From contig DASPQN010000061.1 of the NCBI GenBank assembly GCA_035624925.1, positions 1 through 50,429 of the forward strand: a DNA stretch of 50,429 nt. The letters run 5' to 3'. A program made the position numbers and the translations under genes. Under the pieces are notes generated by a model. That model had not been told where the DNA came from. It did not search any database and saw only the letters and a program-made list of their open reading frames with translations. Positions 16,602 through 25,787 of the stretch are shown piece after piece (position 1 is the first letter of the stretch; every line of letters begins with the position of its first letter). The DNA is from Thermoplasmata archaeon (lineage in GTDB: Archaea > Thermoplasmatota > Thermoplasmata > Lutacidiplasmatales > UBA184).

Positions 16602-17575
16602 GACGGGCGCAGGGCGCGGGTCGGTCCCGGCCTCGAGGAGAGCGCCTCCGTCGTCAGGCCGCGGGCCTCCTTGAGCGCGCGAAGCCGCCGGGCCCCGTCC
16701 TCGGGATGGCCCTGGACGACCGCCCGGGCCGCGACCGCGAGCTCACGGACGTCCGCGTCGCTCCGAACGCCCGTCGAGCGGTCGACCGCGAGCTGGTCGC
16801 CGATCCGGCCCACGTACTCTGCGAACGACTCGGAGATCCGACCCACGGCCCGTGAGCGGAGGAGGCGCAGCCGCTGTTTGAGGGAGACCAGATGGCCCGT
16901 CCGCAGTTCGCGCTCGAGCTCCCCGGCGACGTCCGCCGGCTCGCCTGGGTCCACCAGGCCGAGCGCCTCGAGGTCCCTCAGGAAGGCGAGGAGGCGTTCC
17001 AGCTCGCCTCGGGCCTGGTCGAGGTGCCGCTCCTTGAGGGCGACGACCCGGTCGACCTGCTGGAACGTCGCGAGCGCCTGCGCGACATCGCCGGACTTCG
17101 CGGCGTGGACCGCGTCCTCGACCTGGCTCCGCTCGAGCCGGCTGTCGACGGAGTACGCCTCGAGGCGTCCGATCCTCGCGCTCGTGCGCTCCTCCCAGCG
17201 ATTGAACGCCTCGGAGATCCGCCGCTGGGCGAGGCGCTCGATCCCGCGAACGACCTCGGCCCAGGCCTCCGGCGTCCGGGAGTGGGCGGCCGCTTCCTCC
17301 GCCCAGACGGGCAACCGCGGTATGGCGACGCCGAGCGGCTCTGCGGCCTCCGACCACTGGGAGAGCCGCCCGAGGCGCCGGTTCAGCTCGGTCGTGAACG
17401 GGTTCTCCGGTGTCCGGCTCGCCGACCGCGCGGCCGCGGCCTCCCCGGCGGTGGCCGTCCTCCCGTCGGCGGCGGGCCCGTCGGAGGTGACGGGCGCCCC
17501 GCACGCCGGGCAGGCGCTCGAGCCGGCCTCCAGCGCCGCGCCGCAGGCTCGGCAGGTCAGCTCTCCCTTGGGCAT
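16598..17575 (-). CDS. zinc-ribbon protein with long helical/coiled-coil region (hypothetical)
   Basis: 325 aa. N-terminal CRACG...CPACG, then an A/E/R/L-rich helical sequence. High GC3. The palindromic TATA-like ccttaagt is centred about 32 nt upstream of ATG 17575. Confidence 0.6.
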   Translation of the reverse strand: MPKGELTCRACGAALEAGSSACPACGAPVTSDGPAADGRTATAGEAAAARSASRTPENPFTTELNRRLGRLSQWSEAAEPLGVAIPRLPVWAEEAAAHSRTPEAWAEVVRGIERLAQRRISEAFNRWEERTSARIGRLEAYSVDSRLERSQVEDAVHAAKSGDVAQALATFQQVDRVVALKERHLDQARGELERLLAFLRDLEALGLVDPGEPADVAGELERELRTGHLVSLKQRLRLLRSRAVGRISESFAEYVGRIGDQLAVDRSTGVRSDADVRELAVAARAVVQGHPEDGARRLRALKEARGLTTEALSSRPGPTRALRPS

Positions 17576-17665
17576 CGCGGTCCTACGAGGAGGGGCGACC
17601 GGGCCTTAAGTCGGAGCCACCGAACGGTCGGCTCGGCCGCCGCCCCGCCGGCGTACGTCGGGGGA

Positions 17666-17750
17666 TGCAGGGGGTGAGATTTGAACTCACGAACTCCTAC
17701 GAGACCAGGACCTCAACCTGGCGCCTTTGACCAAGCTGGGCCACCCCTGC
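17666..17750 (-). tRNA. tRNA-Leu (anticodon GAG)
   Basis: Reverse complement GCAGGGG-TG-GCC..GGC-G-CCAGG-TTGAGGT-CCTGG-(long variable arm TCTCGTAGGAGTTC)-GTGAG-TTCAAAT-CTCAC-CCCCTGC-A. All stems are perfect, discriminator is A73, and no CCA is encoded. Confidence 0.9.
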
Positions 17751-17894
17751 GCGACCCGCGCGCCGCGCCTACCGGGTCCGAGCGATAACCTTTGTGCGGA
17801 CGCCCTCCGGCCCGACGCGCGGGACGGCGCCGGGCGCCGGTCGTCCCCGCGCCATCGACAAAGGCCATGTAGCTCGAGAAAGTGCGGCCGACCC

Positions 17895-18224
17895 ATGGAC
17901 GAGGACGCGCGCGGGCCGGTCGTCTTCATCGGCCTGAAGCCGACGATGACCTACGTCTTCCAGGTCGTGACCCAGCTGAACTCGGGCGCCGGCCCCGTCA
18001 TCGTCAAGGCGCGGGGGAACGCGATCGGCAAGGCGGTGGACGTCGCCGAGGTGGTGCGTCACCGCTTCCTGGAGGGCCAGGTCGAGGTCGGGCCGATCTC
18101 GATCGAGACCGAGCGTCTCACGAACCGCGAGGGACGGGAGGCGAACGTGTCGTCGATCTCGATCCCGCTCACCCGGACCGGACCGCCGTTGCCGCCGCCG
18201 GGGCCGGAGCCGCCGGCGCCGTGA
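17895..18224 (+). CDS. albA: DNA/RNA-binding protein Alba
   Basis: 109 aa from ATG 17895. VVFIGLKPTMTYVFQVVTQL......VIVKARGNAIGKAVDVAEVVRHRF...V....I.IETE. Extra P-rich C-terminal tail TRTGPPLPPPGPEPPAP. Confidence 0.9.
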   Translation: MDEDARGPVVFIGLKPTMTYVFQVVTQLNSGAGPVIVKARGNAIGKAVDVAEVVRHRFLEGQVEVGPISIETERLTNREGREANVSSISIPLTRTGPPLPPPGPEPPAP

Positions 18225-20016
18225 GCCGGCGGACGACCCAGGTTCCGGCCCAGAGGTCCCCGACCCGCTGGCGCTCGGCCGTCGCCGCCATCGCGGCGAC
18301 CCCGACCGCCCCGGCCAACCCAACCCCGGCGGCGACCACGAGCCCGACGCTCACGATCGCGACCGCGTTAGCGGCGATGCCGAGGCCGGGCAGGTTCGCG
18401 CCCGGAGCGATCCCCCGCATCGCGATCGCGATGGCGATGGAGAGTCCCACAGAGTAGAGCGTCATCACCGGCAGCAGCGGGGCGTTCCGGACGAACGCGG
18501 CGACGCCGCCGACCGATCCGAGGGCGCGGTCGCGCACCTCGATCCCGAGGAGCTGTTTGCCGAGCGTGGCGCCGACCCAGAGCTCGGCGAGCGCGAAGTA
18601 GACGAGCGCGAGGGCGACGAAGCCGTAGATCGCCGCGTTGAACGCGGCCGAGCTGAGCAGCGCCACGAGCCCACCGGGGGTGGCGACCGCGATCGCCGCG
18701 AACACCGCCGAGCCGACCGCGCCGAGGAGAGCCGCGTCCACGGCGAACGCGGCGAGGCGCTGGGCGATCGAGGCGAACCGCGGCCGGCCGATCGCCTCGC
18801 CGAGCCTCACGAGCGCCCGGGCCGTCACGTAGGCGCGGGACGCCTCGCGGGGCTCCGTGGTGCCGGAGCGCGCGATGCTGTCGAGGTTCGCCTGGTCACT
18901 GACGACCCAGCCGGGGACCCCGAGCCCGTCCCAGGGACGGGACGGCTCGGGCAGCGGACGACCGAGGAGTCGCTGGGCCTGGAGGGCGGAGCTGCGCGCG
19001 GCCGACGCGGAAGCGGTGAGCGAGGCGCCGAGGGACCCCTCCACGCCCCGGGCGTACGCCTCCCGCAGCCGTGCGGTCGGGCGGGGCGGGGCCGGAGCGA
19101 GGGAGGCGCCGACGGGGGCGAGGCTACGACCGAGGAGCCGATAGGCCCCCCACGCTCCGAGGAGGCCCAGGAAGCCCGAGAGGTAGACGAGGTCGAGCAC
19201 CCCCGCACCGCCGACCGCGTACAGCCCGCCGGGCCCGGAGCCGTAGAGCGGAGGTTGCCAGAGGATGTCCGCTCCGAGCACGACACCCCAGCTGGCCGCA
19301 AGGAACGCGACCGGGAGCGCGAACGCCTCTCGGCCCGGGAAGAGCGTCCCGGCGAGCAGCACCGCGACGATGCCGACCGAGACGGGAGGTAGGAGGAAGT
19401 AGGGGAACGCTTCCGAGATCCCGACGCCCGGGATCGCTTGGGCGCCGGCGAACGTCAGCACCAGGACCCCGCTGGTCAGCGCGAAGATCCCCCCGAGCGA
19501 CCGCGCGTCCGGCTCAGGAGAGCGGGCCGAGAGCCCCACGACCGACGCCGTGAACGCCGTCGCCACGATCACCACGAGAAGGAGCTCCGTCTCCCAGGCC
19601 GTCGCGCCTAGGCGGGCAGCGACCCCGGCGAGGTGCCCCGCGTCCGCCTCCAGCACGACCGCGAGGAGCAGGGTCGTCAATGCGATGAGGGGCACAAAGA
19701 GACGGACGGCCGACCGCCGCAGCGGCGGGGCGACGCGTCCCAGGGCGAGGACGCCCACGGCAAGGGGAAAGCCGGCTCCCGCGAAACTCACCGCGACGAC
19801 ATCGTTCGAGACCGGCGCGATCGGAAGCAGGGCGAACGAGGCAAGCAGCGCGCACGGGAGCAGGAGCCAGAACGTCCTCGGTCCAAGGCCAAGGCTCTCT
19901 GCGAAGTCGGGCCGCCTCCAGGCGATGCCGAACAGGAGGGCCCAGGCGATCCCCGGTATCGCCGTCGATACGGCGACCGAAGAGATGTCCAGACCGAGGG
20001 TCAGCGTGCCGACCAC
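18169..20016 (-). CDS. polytopic membrane protein with C-terminal RDD domain
   Basis: 615 aa. About 8-9 N-terminal TM helices, an A/R/S-rich linker, then an RDD-like module (RLAAFAVDAALLG ... GATLGKQLLGIEVRD ... FVRNAPLL). GTG start at 20016. The 3' end overlaps the albA 3' end by 56 nt (convergent). Confidence 0.8.
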   Translation of the reverse strand: MVGTLTLGLDISSVAVSTAIPGIAWALLFGIAWRRPDFAESLGLGPRTFWLLLPCALLASFALLPIAPVSNDVVAVSFAGAGFPLAVGVLALGRVAPPLRRSAVRLFVPLIALTTLLLAVVLEADAGHLAGVAARLGATAWETELLLVVIVATAFTASVVGLSARSPEPDARSLGGIFALTSGVLVLTFAGAQAIPGVGISEAFPYFLLPPVSVGIVAVLLAGTLFPGREAFALPVAFLAASWGVVLGADILWQPPLYGSGPGGLYAVGGAGVLDLVYLSGFLGLLGAWGAYRLLGRSLAPVGASLAPAPPRPTARLREAYARGVEGSLGASLTASASAARSSALQAQRLLGRPLPEPSRPWDGLGVPGWVVSDQANLDSIARSGTTEPREASRAYVTARALVRLGEAIGRPRFASIAQRLAAFAVDAALLGAVGSAVFAAIAVATPGGLVALLSSAAFNAAIYGFVALALVYFALAELWVGATLGKQLLGIEVRDRALGSVGGVAAFVRNAPLLPVMTLYSVGLSIAIAIAMRGIAPGANLPGLGIAANAVAIVSVGLVVAAGVGLAGAVGVAAMAATAERQRVGDLWAGTWVVRRLTAPAAPAPAAATAVRSG

Positions 20017-20274
20017 GTCCCCACCCTACCGCGATACCGCGTCAGACCCAGCGAAGAACGGGACCTAAGGGTTTGGAGGTTCGAGCAGCGCAGCGTGCCG
20101 GCGCGGCCACCCCCACCCGGGCGGCGGTCAACGGCTCCGGCCCGCCGCGCGTCCCGGATTCCCTGCCCGACGATTCGGGCCGCCCTCCGCTCCACCGGCG
20201 CGACGGCCCCGCCGCACGACCAAAGGGTTTTGAACGACCGGCGAGCCGTAGCAGCGGGCCAACGGGAGGTCTCG

Positions 20275-20640
20275 GTGACCGAGGTAGGCGACCGAAGGAT
20301 CGCCGCGCTCTTCGGTCTGCTCGGGGCCGCGCTCATCGCGCTGGACGGCCTTATCGACCTCGCTCGGGGCGTGCTCTCCGTCGCCCTGGGCCACGGGGGC
20401 CACGCCTACCTACCCTTCGACCAGGCCCTGATCTTCCTCGTCGTCGGGCTCGTCGTAGCGGTGTTCTCCGTCCTCGGGGGCCTTCGGCGGGACGGGAACG
20501 CGACCGTGGCAGGCGCCGTGCTGATCGTGGTCGCGATCGTCGGGTGGCTGGAGCTTGGCGTTCCCTCGGGGGTCCTCGCGATCCTGGGGGCGCTCCTTGT
20601 CCTCGTCGCGGGCGTCGTGTTCCTCGTCAGCGGCCGGTGA
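20275..20640 (+). CDS. small membrane protein (3-4 TM), hypothetical
   Basis: GTG 20275 inside ORF 19633..20640, preceded by GGGAGGT 4-5 nt upstream. High GC3 and clearly hydrophobic helices. The upstream part of the track ORF is antisense junk of the RDD gene. Confidence 0.55.
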   Translation: MTEVGDRRIAALFGLLGAALIALDGLIDLARGVLSVALGHGGHAYLPFDQALIFLVVGLVVAVFSVLGGLRRDGNATVAGAVLIVVAIVGWLELGVPSGVLAILGALLVLVAGVVFLVSGR

Positions 20641-20746
20641 CCGCGCGCACGCGAGGCCCGGCGGGACGGGGGTCCGGCGTCCGCGACACCGGCCCGGACG
20701 GGGCTCTGCACCGAAACGTTTTCCCGCGACTCCACCTCGTCGGCCC

Positions 20747-22147
20747 ATGACCGAATTCCGTATCGAGACCGACTCCCTGGGCCAGCGCCAGGTCCCCGCC
20801 GAAGCGCTCTGGGGGATCCAGTCGCTCCGGGCCCGCGAGAACTTCCCGGTGAGCGGCCTCGGGACCTCCCGGTACCTCAAGCGGGCCTACGCGCTCCTCA
20901 AGCTCGCCTGCATCCGGGCGAACGTGGCGAAGGGCGGGCTCGACGCCGAACGCGGTAAGGCGCTCGAGGAGGCGGCGAAGGAGATGGCCGCCGGACGCTT
21001 CGACGATCAGTTCGTCGTCGACGTTTTCCAGGCGGGCGCCGGCACCTCCCTCAACATGAACGTCAACGAGGTCCTCACGAACCGCGCGCTCGAGATCCTG
21101 GGGAAGCGCCGTGGGGACTACGCGACCCTCGGCCCGAACGACCACGTCAACCGCGGCCAGTCGACGAACGACACGTTCCCCGCGGCCGCCCAGGTCGCCG
21201 CGATGTTCGCCCTCGCGGAGGTCCGGACGGCCGTCGGCACGCTCGTCGCGAGCCTGCACGCGAAGGGGATCGAGTTCGTCCGCCTCGCGAAGGGCGGCCG
21301 GACCCACCTCAAGGACGCCATGCCGGTGACGCTCGGCGCCGAGTTCCACGCCTACGCCATGGCCCTCGAGCGCGTGGTCGAGGCGCTCCCGGCGGTCGAG
21401 CGCGCGCTCGCGGAGCTCCCGCTGGGCGGCAGCGCCGTCGGCTCCGGCGTGAACTCCGTGCCGGGGTTCCGGGCCCTGGCGGTCCAGGAGTACGCGCGCC
21501 TGAGCGGCCTCCCGCTCGTCGTCGCGCGCGACCCGTTCGAGACGATGCAGAGCCGCTGGCCGCTCGGGTTCGCCTCCGCCTGGCTGAGGACCCTCGCCCT
21601 CGAGCTCGTCCGCATCGCGAACGACCTCCGTCTCCTCTCGAGCGGCCCGGCGACGGGGTTCGACGAGATCCGCCTGCCCGAGATCCAGCCCGGGTCGTCG
21701 ATCATGCCGGCGAAGGTGAATCCGTCCGCGGCGGAGTGCCTGAACATGGTCGCCTTCCACGTCCTCGGCGCCGACACGGCGACGGCCTACGCCGTCCAGG
21801 CCGGCCAGCTCGAGATCAACGTCATGATGCCCCTCGCGGCCTTCGAGGTCCTGTTCTCCTCCGAGATCCTGGCGAACTACCTGCCCGTGTTCGCGCGGAG
21901 CTGTGTCGACGGGGTGCGCCCGAACCCCGAGCGGATCGAGCAGTACCTGCTCGGCTCGAGCGCGCTCGCGACGGTCCTGACGCCCCGCCTGGGCTACCTC
22001 AAGGTCGCCGAACTGCTGCACGAGGCCGAACGATCGCGGCGGCCGGTCCGCGAACTCCTCGTCGAGCGCCATCTGCTCACCGCCGAGGAGGTCGATGCGC
22101 TCCTCGGCGAGGCGGCGCTCCGCAAGCTCGCCGAGCCGGTCCCGTGA
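20747..22147 (+). CDS. class II fumarate hydratase / aspartate ammonia-lyase family enzyme
   Basis: 466 aa from ATG 20747 (MTEFRIETDSLGQRQVPAEALWGIQSLRARENF). GSSIMPAKVNP signature. PNDHVNRGQSTND looks aspartase-like, while GRTHLKDAMPVTLG looks FumC-like. TATA-like aacgttttcc lies about 28 nt upstream. Confidence 0.88.
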   Translation: MTEFRIETDSLGQRQVPAEALWGIQSLRARENFPVSGLGTSRYLKRAYALLKLACIRANVAKGGLDAERGKALEEAAKEMAAGRFDDQFVVDVFQAGAGTSLNMNVNEVLTNRALEILGKRRGDYATLGPNDHVNRGQSTNDTFPAAAQVAAMFALAEVRTAVGTLVASLHAKGIEFVRLAKGGRTHLKDAMPVTLGAEFHAYAMALERVVEALPAVERALAELPLGGSAVGSGVNSVPGFRALAVQEYARLSGLPLVVARDPFETMQSRWPLGFASAWLRTLALELVRIANDLRLLSSGPATGFDEIRLPEIQPGSSIMPAKVNPSAAECLNMVAFHVLGADTATAYAVQAGQLEINVMMPLAAFEVLFSSEILANYLPVFARSCVDGVRPNPERIEQYLLGSSALATVLTPRLGYLKVAELLHEAERSRRPVRELLVERHLLTAEEVDALLGEAALRKLAEPVP

Positions 22148-22199
22148 GCCGCTTCCCGAGGCGTTAAGGCGAGCCGTCACGCTGGCAGGCCCGCAAGCG

Positions 22200-22955
22200 A
22201 TGGCGTCGGTGGAGGAGACCGCGGTCGCCCTCGGCAACCCGACGAGCGAGGAGTTCCGTCGGGCGGTCGGGGTCCTCGAGAAGGTCGGTCTCACGCAGTA
22301 CGAGGCCCGCGCTTACATCGCCCTGGTGGCCCGGGGGGTGGGCGACGCCGCGGGCCTTGCGGCCGCCGCGGGGATCCCCCGGACGAGCGCGTACAAGGTG
22401 CTCGAATCGCTCGCGAGCAAGGGCTACGCCGCGCCGACGGGCGGCAAGCCGATCCTCTTCCGCCCGACCCCTCCGCTGGACGTCGCCGAGACGCTCAAGG
22501 CCGCGGTCCAGGAGGTGTTCGAGCACCTCGCCCAGCTCCACCGCGTGGTCGCCGAGCACGGCGAACCCCAGCTGGTGTACCTGCTCTCCGACCGCGAGAA
22601 GGTGCTCGCGAAGATCGCCGAGCTGCTCGACCAGTCGAGCCAGACGTTCATCCTGACGACGCCGCAGGTCGCCGACCTCCGCGAACCTCTCGGCAAGAAG
22701 ATCCTGAGCGCCGTCAAGCGCGGCGTCCACGTGACGTTCGTCACCGCCGCGCTCCAGCGCCTGCCGGAGGGGGTCGAGCACGTCCCCCGCGAGAACCTCC
22801 TCGCCACCGAGGTCCTGGCCGACGGCGAGCACGCGCTCCTCGCGGCCCCAGGGCTCGACGCGTGCGGTTTCACCGACAACCCGATCCTGATCGCCCACCT
22901 CAAGCAGTTCCTCGAGGTCGTCCTCGACAAGGGACCCGAGCCGCCGTCGGCGTAG
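22200..22955 (+). CDS. TrmB-family transcriptional regulator
   Basis: 251 aa from ATG 22200. LEKVGLTQYEARAYIALVARGVGDAAGLAAAAGIPRTSAYKVLESLASKGY is a canonical TrmB wHTH. Confidence 0.85.
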   Translation: MASVEETAVALGNPTSEEFRRAVGVLEKVGLTQYEARAYIALVARGVGDAAGLAAAAGIPRTSAYKVLESLASKGYAAPTGGKPILFRPTPPLDVAETLKAAVQEVFEHLAQLHRVVAEHGEPQLVYLLSDREKVLAKIAELLDQSSQTFILTTPQVADLREPLGKKILSAVKRGVHVTFVTAALQRLPEGVEHVPRENLLATEVLADGEHALLAAPGLDACGFTDNPILIAHLKQFLEVVLDKGPEPPSA

Positions 22956-22977
22956 CCGGCGGCCGCGCCCACGGAAG

Positions 22978-23835
22978 ATGGTCGCGAGCCGGCCGCCTCC
23001 GGCCGAACGGGTACGGGAACGGCTACGGGCGGTCGCCGGCGATGCGCTGGCCGAGGCGATGCCCCGGGGGTACCAGCGCCTGGGATGCGTTCTGCTCCTC
23101 CGCCTGCCCCCCGCCCTAGCCCCCTACGGTCCCTTCCTCGGAGCGGCGTGGCAGGAGGAGCTCGGCGTGGCGACCGTCCTCGACCACCGCGGGCCGATCG
23201 AGGGCGAGCTACGGCGACCCCTCCTGCGGACGCTCGCGGGCACCTGCGCCGAGACCGAGGTCGTCGAGCACGGGACCCGCTGGCGCCTGGACGCGTCGAA
23301 GGTGATGTTCGCGGCGGGGAACCGGACCGAGCGGCTCCGCTTCGCCCAGCTCGTCCAAGGCCGCGAACGCGTCGCGGACCTGTTCGCCGGGATCGGCTAC
23401 TTCACGATCCCCGCTGCGCGGGCGCGGCCCGAGGCCCGCTTCGTGGCCGTCGAGAAGAACCCGGTCGCGTTCGGATACCTCGAGGAGAACCTCCGGCTGA
23501 ACGGCGTCGCCCCCCGGGTTCGGGCGGTGCTCGGCGATAATCGCGCGGTACCGCTCGAGCCTCGGTCGTTCGACCGCGTCGTGCTCGGCTACCTGCCCAC
23601 TTCGGTCCCGTGGCTCCCGCGGGCGATCGACCTGCTCCGCCGTCCCGTCGGGGTGGTCCATGCGCACCTCGTCGTCGACGCGCGCGACGCGCGGCGGAAC
23701 GCGCTCGACGCGGTCGCTGCCGAGGTCGGTCGCTGCGGGGCGACGGTCGACGGGACGCCGCTCGCCCGGGAGGTCAAGCCGTACGGGCCCGGCCGGACCC
23801 ACGTGGTCGTCGACGCGACGCTGCGGCCCCCCTAA
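22978..23835 (+). CDS. Met-10+/Trm5-Taw2-family tRNA methyltransferase
   Basis: 285 aa. MFAAGNRTERLR, VADLFAGIGYFTIPAA, AVEKNP.A..YL.EN..LN pattern of Trm5/Taw2 class I SAM methyltransferases. Confidence 0.8.
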   Translation: MVASRPPPAERVRERLRAVAGDALAEAMPRGYQRLGCVLLLRLPPALAPYGPFLGAAWQEELGVATVLDHRGPIEGELRRPLLRTLAGTCAETEVVEHGTRWRLDASKVMFAAGNRTERLRFAQLVQGRERVADLFAGIGYFTIPAARARPEARFVAVEKNPVAFGYLEENLRLNGVAPRVRAVLGDNRAVPLEPRSFDRVVLGYLPTSVPWLPRAIDLLRRPVGVVHAHLVVDARDARRNALDAVAAEVGRCGATVDGTPLAREVKPYGPGRTHVVVDATLRPP

Positions 23836-24950
23836 CGGGCCGCGACCGGTCGGGTCGAGAGCGCGCGCATCGCCTCCGGCCAGGCTCGCGCGAAGCGGTC
23901 GATGTCGGCCGTCGGGTTCGAGAACGAGACCCGGACGAACCTCGACCCGTGGCCGGGCGACAGGTAACTGCCCGCGCGGACGAAGACCCCGTGACGGAGC
24001 AGGAGCTCCTCCTGGAGCTGCTCCGGCGCCACCCCCGTGTCGGCGATGTCGAGGATCGTCATGTTCGCTCGGGACGGCGCGACCGGCGTGGTGACCCCGG
24101 GGACGCTCCGACCGACGTCATGGACGCGACGGCCGTTCGCGCGGGTCGTCCGGACGACGTCGTCGATCCACGAACGCTTCGTCCGGAGCGCCGCGCGGGC
24201 GGCGACCTGCGCGAGGATGTTCACTCCGAGGTCGTTCGTGTTGAACCGGGAGATCCGCTGCGCGAGGTCGGGTCGGGCGGAGAACCCGCCGAGGCGGAGC
24301 CCGGCGAGACCGCAGTTCTTCGAGACCGACCAGACCGTCACCGTCTCCTCCGGGGCGAACTGGGCGGCGAGGGCGTGGCCCTCCGAGTAGTCCCGGTACG
24401 TGACGTCGTTGACGAGGGTGAGATGATGGTCCTGGGCGAGCTCCGCGATCGCCCGGACTTCCTCGCGCGGGTACCCCGAGCCCAGGGGGTTGAGCGGGTC
24501 GATGAGGAGGATCATCTTCGTGCGCGGCCCGATCGTCTCGGCGACCGCGTCGGCGGTAAGGTGGTACGGCGGCCGGTAGATGTTGACGCACCGGGGCCGG
24601 GCACCGGAGAGCTCGATGAACTTGTGGATGATCATGTAGCTCGGGTCGGAGGCGACGACCTCGTCCCCCGGGCCGAGGAGGGCTCGCATCGTCATGTAGA
24701 GCGCCTCCGTTCCGCCGGCCGTCAGGAACGGCGGGGCGCCCTCGAGGCCGAGGTCCGCGCGGACGAGCTCGAGGAGCTCGGGGTCGCCGGACATGAACGG
24801 GTAGCCCTCGTAGCGTCGCTCGGCGATCGCCTCGTCGAGGGCGCCCCGGACGACCTCGGGGGGGACCAGGTGGTTCGTGTTCTGGCTGAGCCAAACGACC
24901 TCGCGCCGGTGCGCATGGGCGTACCGGAACGCGTCGAACGCCGCGCTCAC
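23832..24950 (-). CDS. class I/II PLP-dependent aminotransferase
   Basis: 372 aa, GTG start. Fold-type I pattern with the SVSKNCGLAGLRLG lysine motif. The stop overlaps the Trm5-like stop (CTAA, convergent). Confidence 0.88.
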   Translation of the reverse strand: MSAAFDAFRYAHAHRREVVWLSQNTNHLVPPEVVRGALDEAIAERRYEGYPFMSGDPELLELVRADLGLEGAPPFLTAGGTEALYMTMRALLGPGDEVVASDPSYMIIHKFIELSGARPRCVNIYRPPYHLTADAVAETIGPRTKMILLIDPLNPLGSGYPREEVRAIAELAQDHHLTLVNDVTYRDYSEGHALAAQFAPEETVTVWSVSKNCGLAGLRLGGFSARPDLAQRISRFNTNDLGVNILAQVAARAALRTKRSWIDDVVRTTRANGRRVHDVGRSVPGVTTPVAPSRANMTILDIADTGVAPEQLQEELLLRHGVFVRAGSYLSPGHGSRFVRVSFSNPTADIDRFARAWPEAMRALSTRPVAAR

Positions 24951-24974
24951 GACCGTCGAGGGGCCGGCGATTGC

Positions 24975-25763
24975 TTAACGCCTTGCGTCGGGTTCGCTCG
25001 ACGCGGTGCTCAGGTACGCGGTGACGACGCCCTGCGACATCCGGTAGGCCTCCGTCCGGGCGAAGCCGGCGGAGGCGAAGGTGGCCAGGAGCTGCTCGGC
25101 GGGCGGGAACGACCGCAGGGACTCCGGTAGGTAGCTGTACGGGCCTTCCCGGCCGAACGCACGGCCGAGGAGGGGCACGACGTGGTCGAAGTGGGCATGG
25201 AAGAGCCGGGCGACCGCCGGCGACCGGGGCTCGGAGACCTCGAGGGTCAATAGGGTACCCCCGGGACGCAGGACCCGGCGCAGCTCGCGGAACGACCGGT
25301 CCAGGCTCGCGAGGTTGCGGGCGACGAACGCGCTCGTCGCGACGTCGAACGCCCCGTCCGAGAACGGGAGGCGGTGGACGTTCGCCACCGCGAACTCCCT
25401 CGCGGGACCCTCGGGGGGAGGCCCTCGAGCCGTGGACGCGCTCCGGACCATCGCCCGGCTGAAATCGACGGCGACGACCCGCGCGCTTCGATAGCGCACG
25501 GCGAGGAGCCGGGCGAGGGCCCCGGTGCCGCAGCCGAAGTCCAGCACGGCGCGCACGGGCCCGCGGTGGACGCGCCCGAGCTCCCAGAGGGCCCGGGGTC
25601 GCCAGAGCAGGTCCTGGCCGAACGTGGCGGCATGGTTGAACGCGTCGTACCGGTCGACGATCGACGCGAACATCCGTTGTACGTCGCGTTCGAACGACGG
25701 GAGACGGCGGTCCGGGTGCAGCGAGCCGTCCGCGGCCGTGGGGGCGCTTGCCGCGGGCGTCAC
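24975..25763 (-). CDS. UbiE/MenG-type (demethylmena)quinone C-methyltransferase
   Basis: 262 aa. FASIVDRYDAFNHAATFGQDLLWR, VLDFGCGTG, LPFSDGAFDV, ARNLASLDRSFRELRRVLRPGG, YSYLPESLRSFP. This matches the UbiE/MenG signature along its whole length. Confidence 0.88.
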   Translation of the reverse strand: MTPAASAPTAADGSLHPDRRLPSFERDVQRMFASIVDRYDAFNHAATFGQDLLWRPRALWELGRVHRGPVRAVLDFGCGTGALARLLAVRYRSARVVAVDFSRAMVRSASTARGPPPEGPAREFAVANVHRLPFSDGAFDVATSAFVARNLASLDRSFRELRRVLRPGGTLLTLEVSEPRSPAVARLFHAHFDHVVPLLGRAFGREGPYSYLPESLRSFPPAEQLLATFASAGFARTEAYRMSQGVVTAYLSTASSEPDARR

Positions 25764-25787
25764 GGTCCGGTCGAGACGGAGCGGGGC

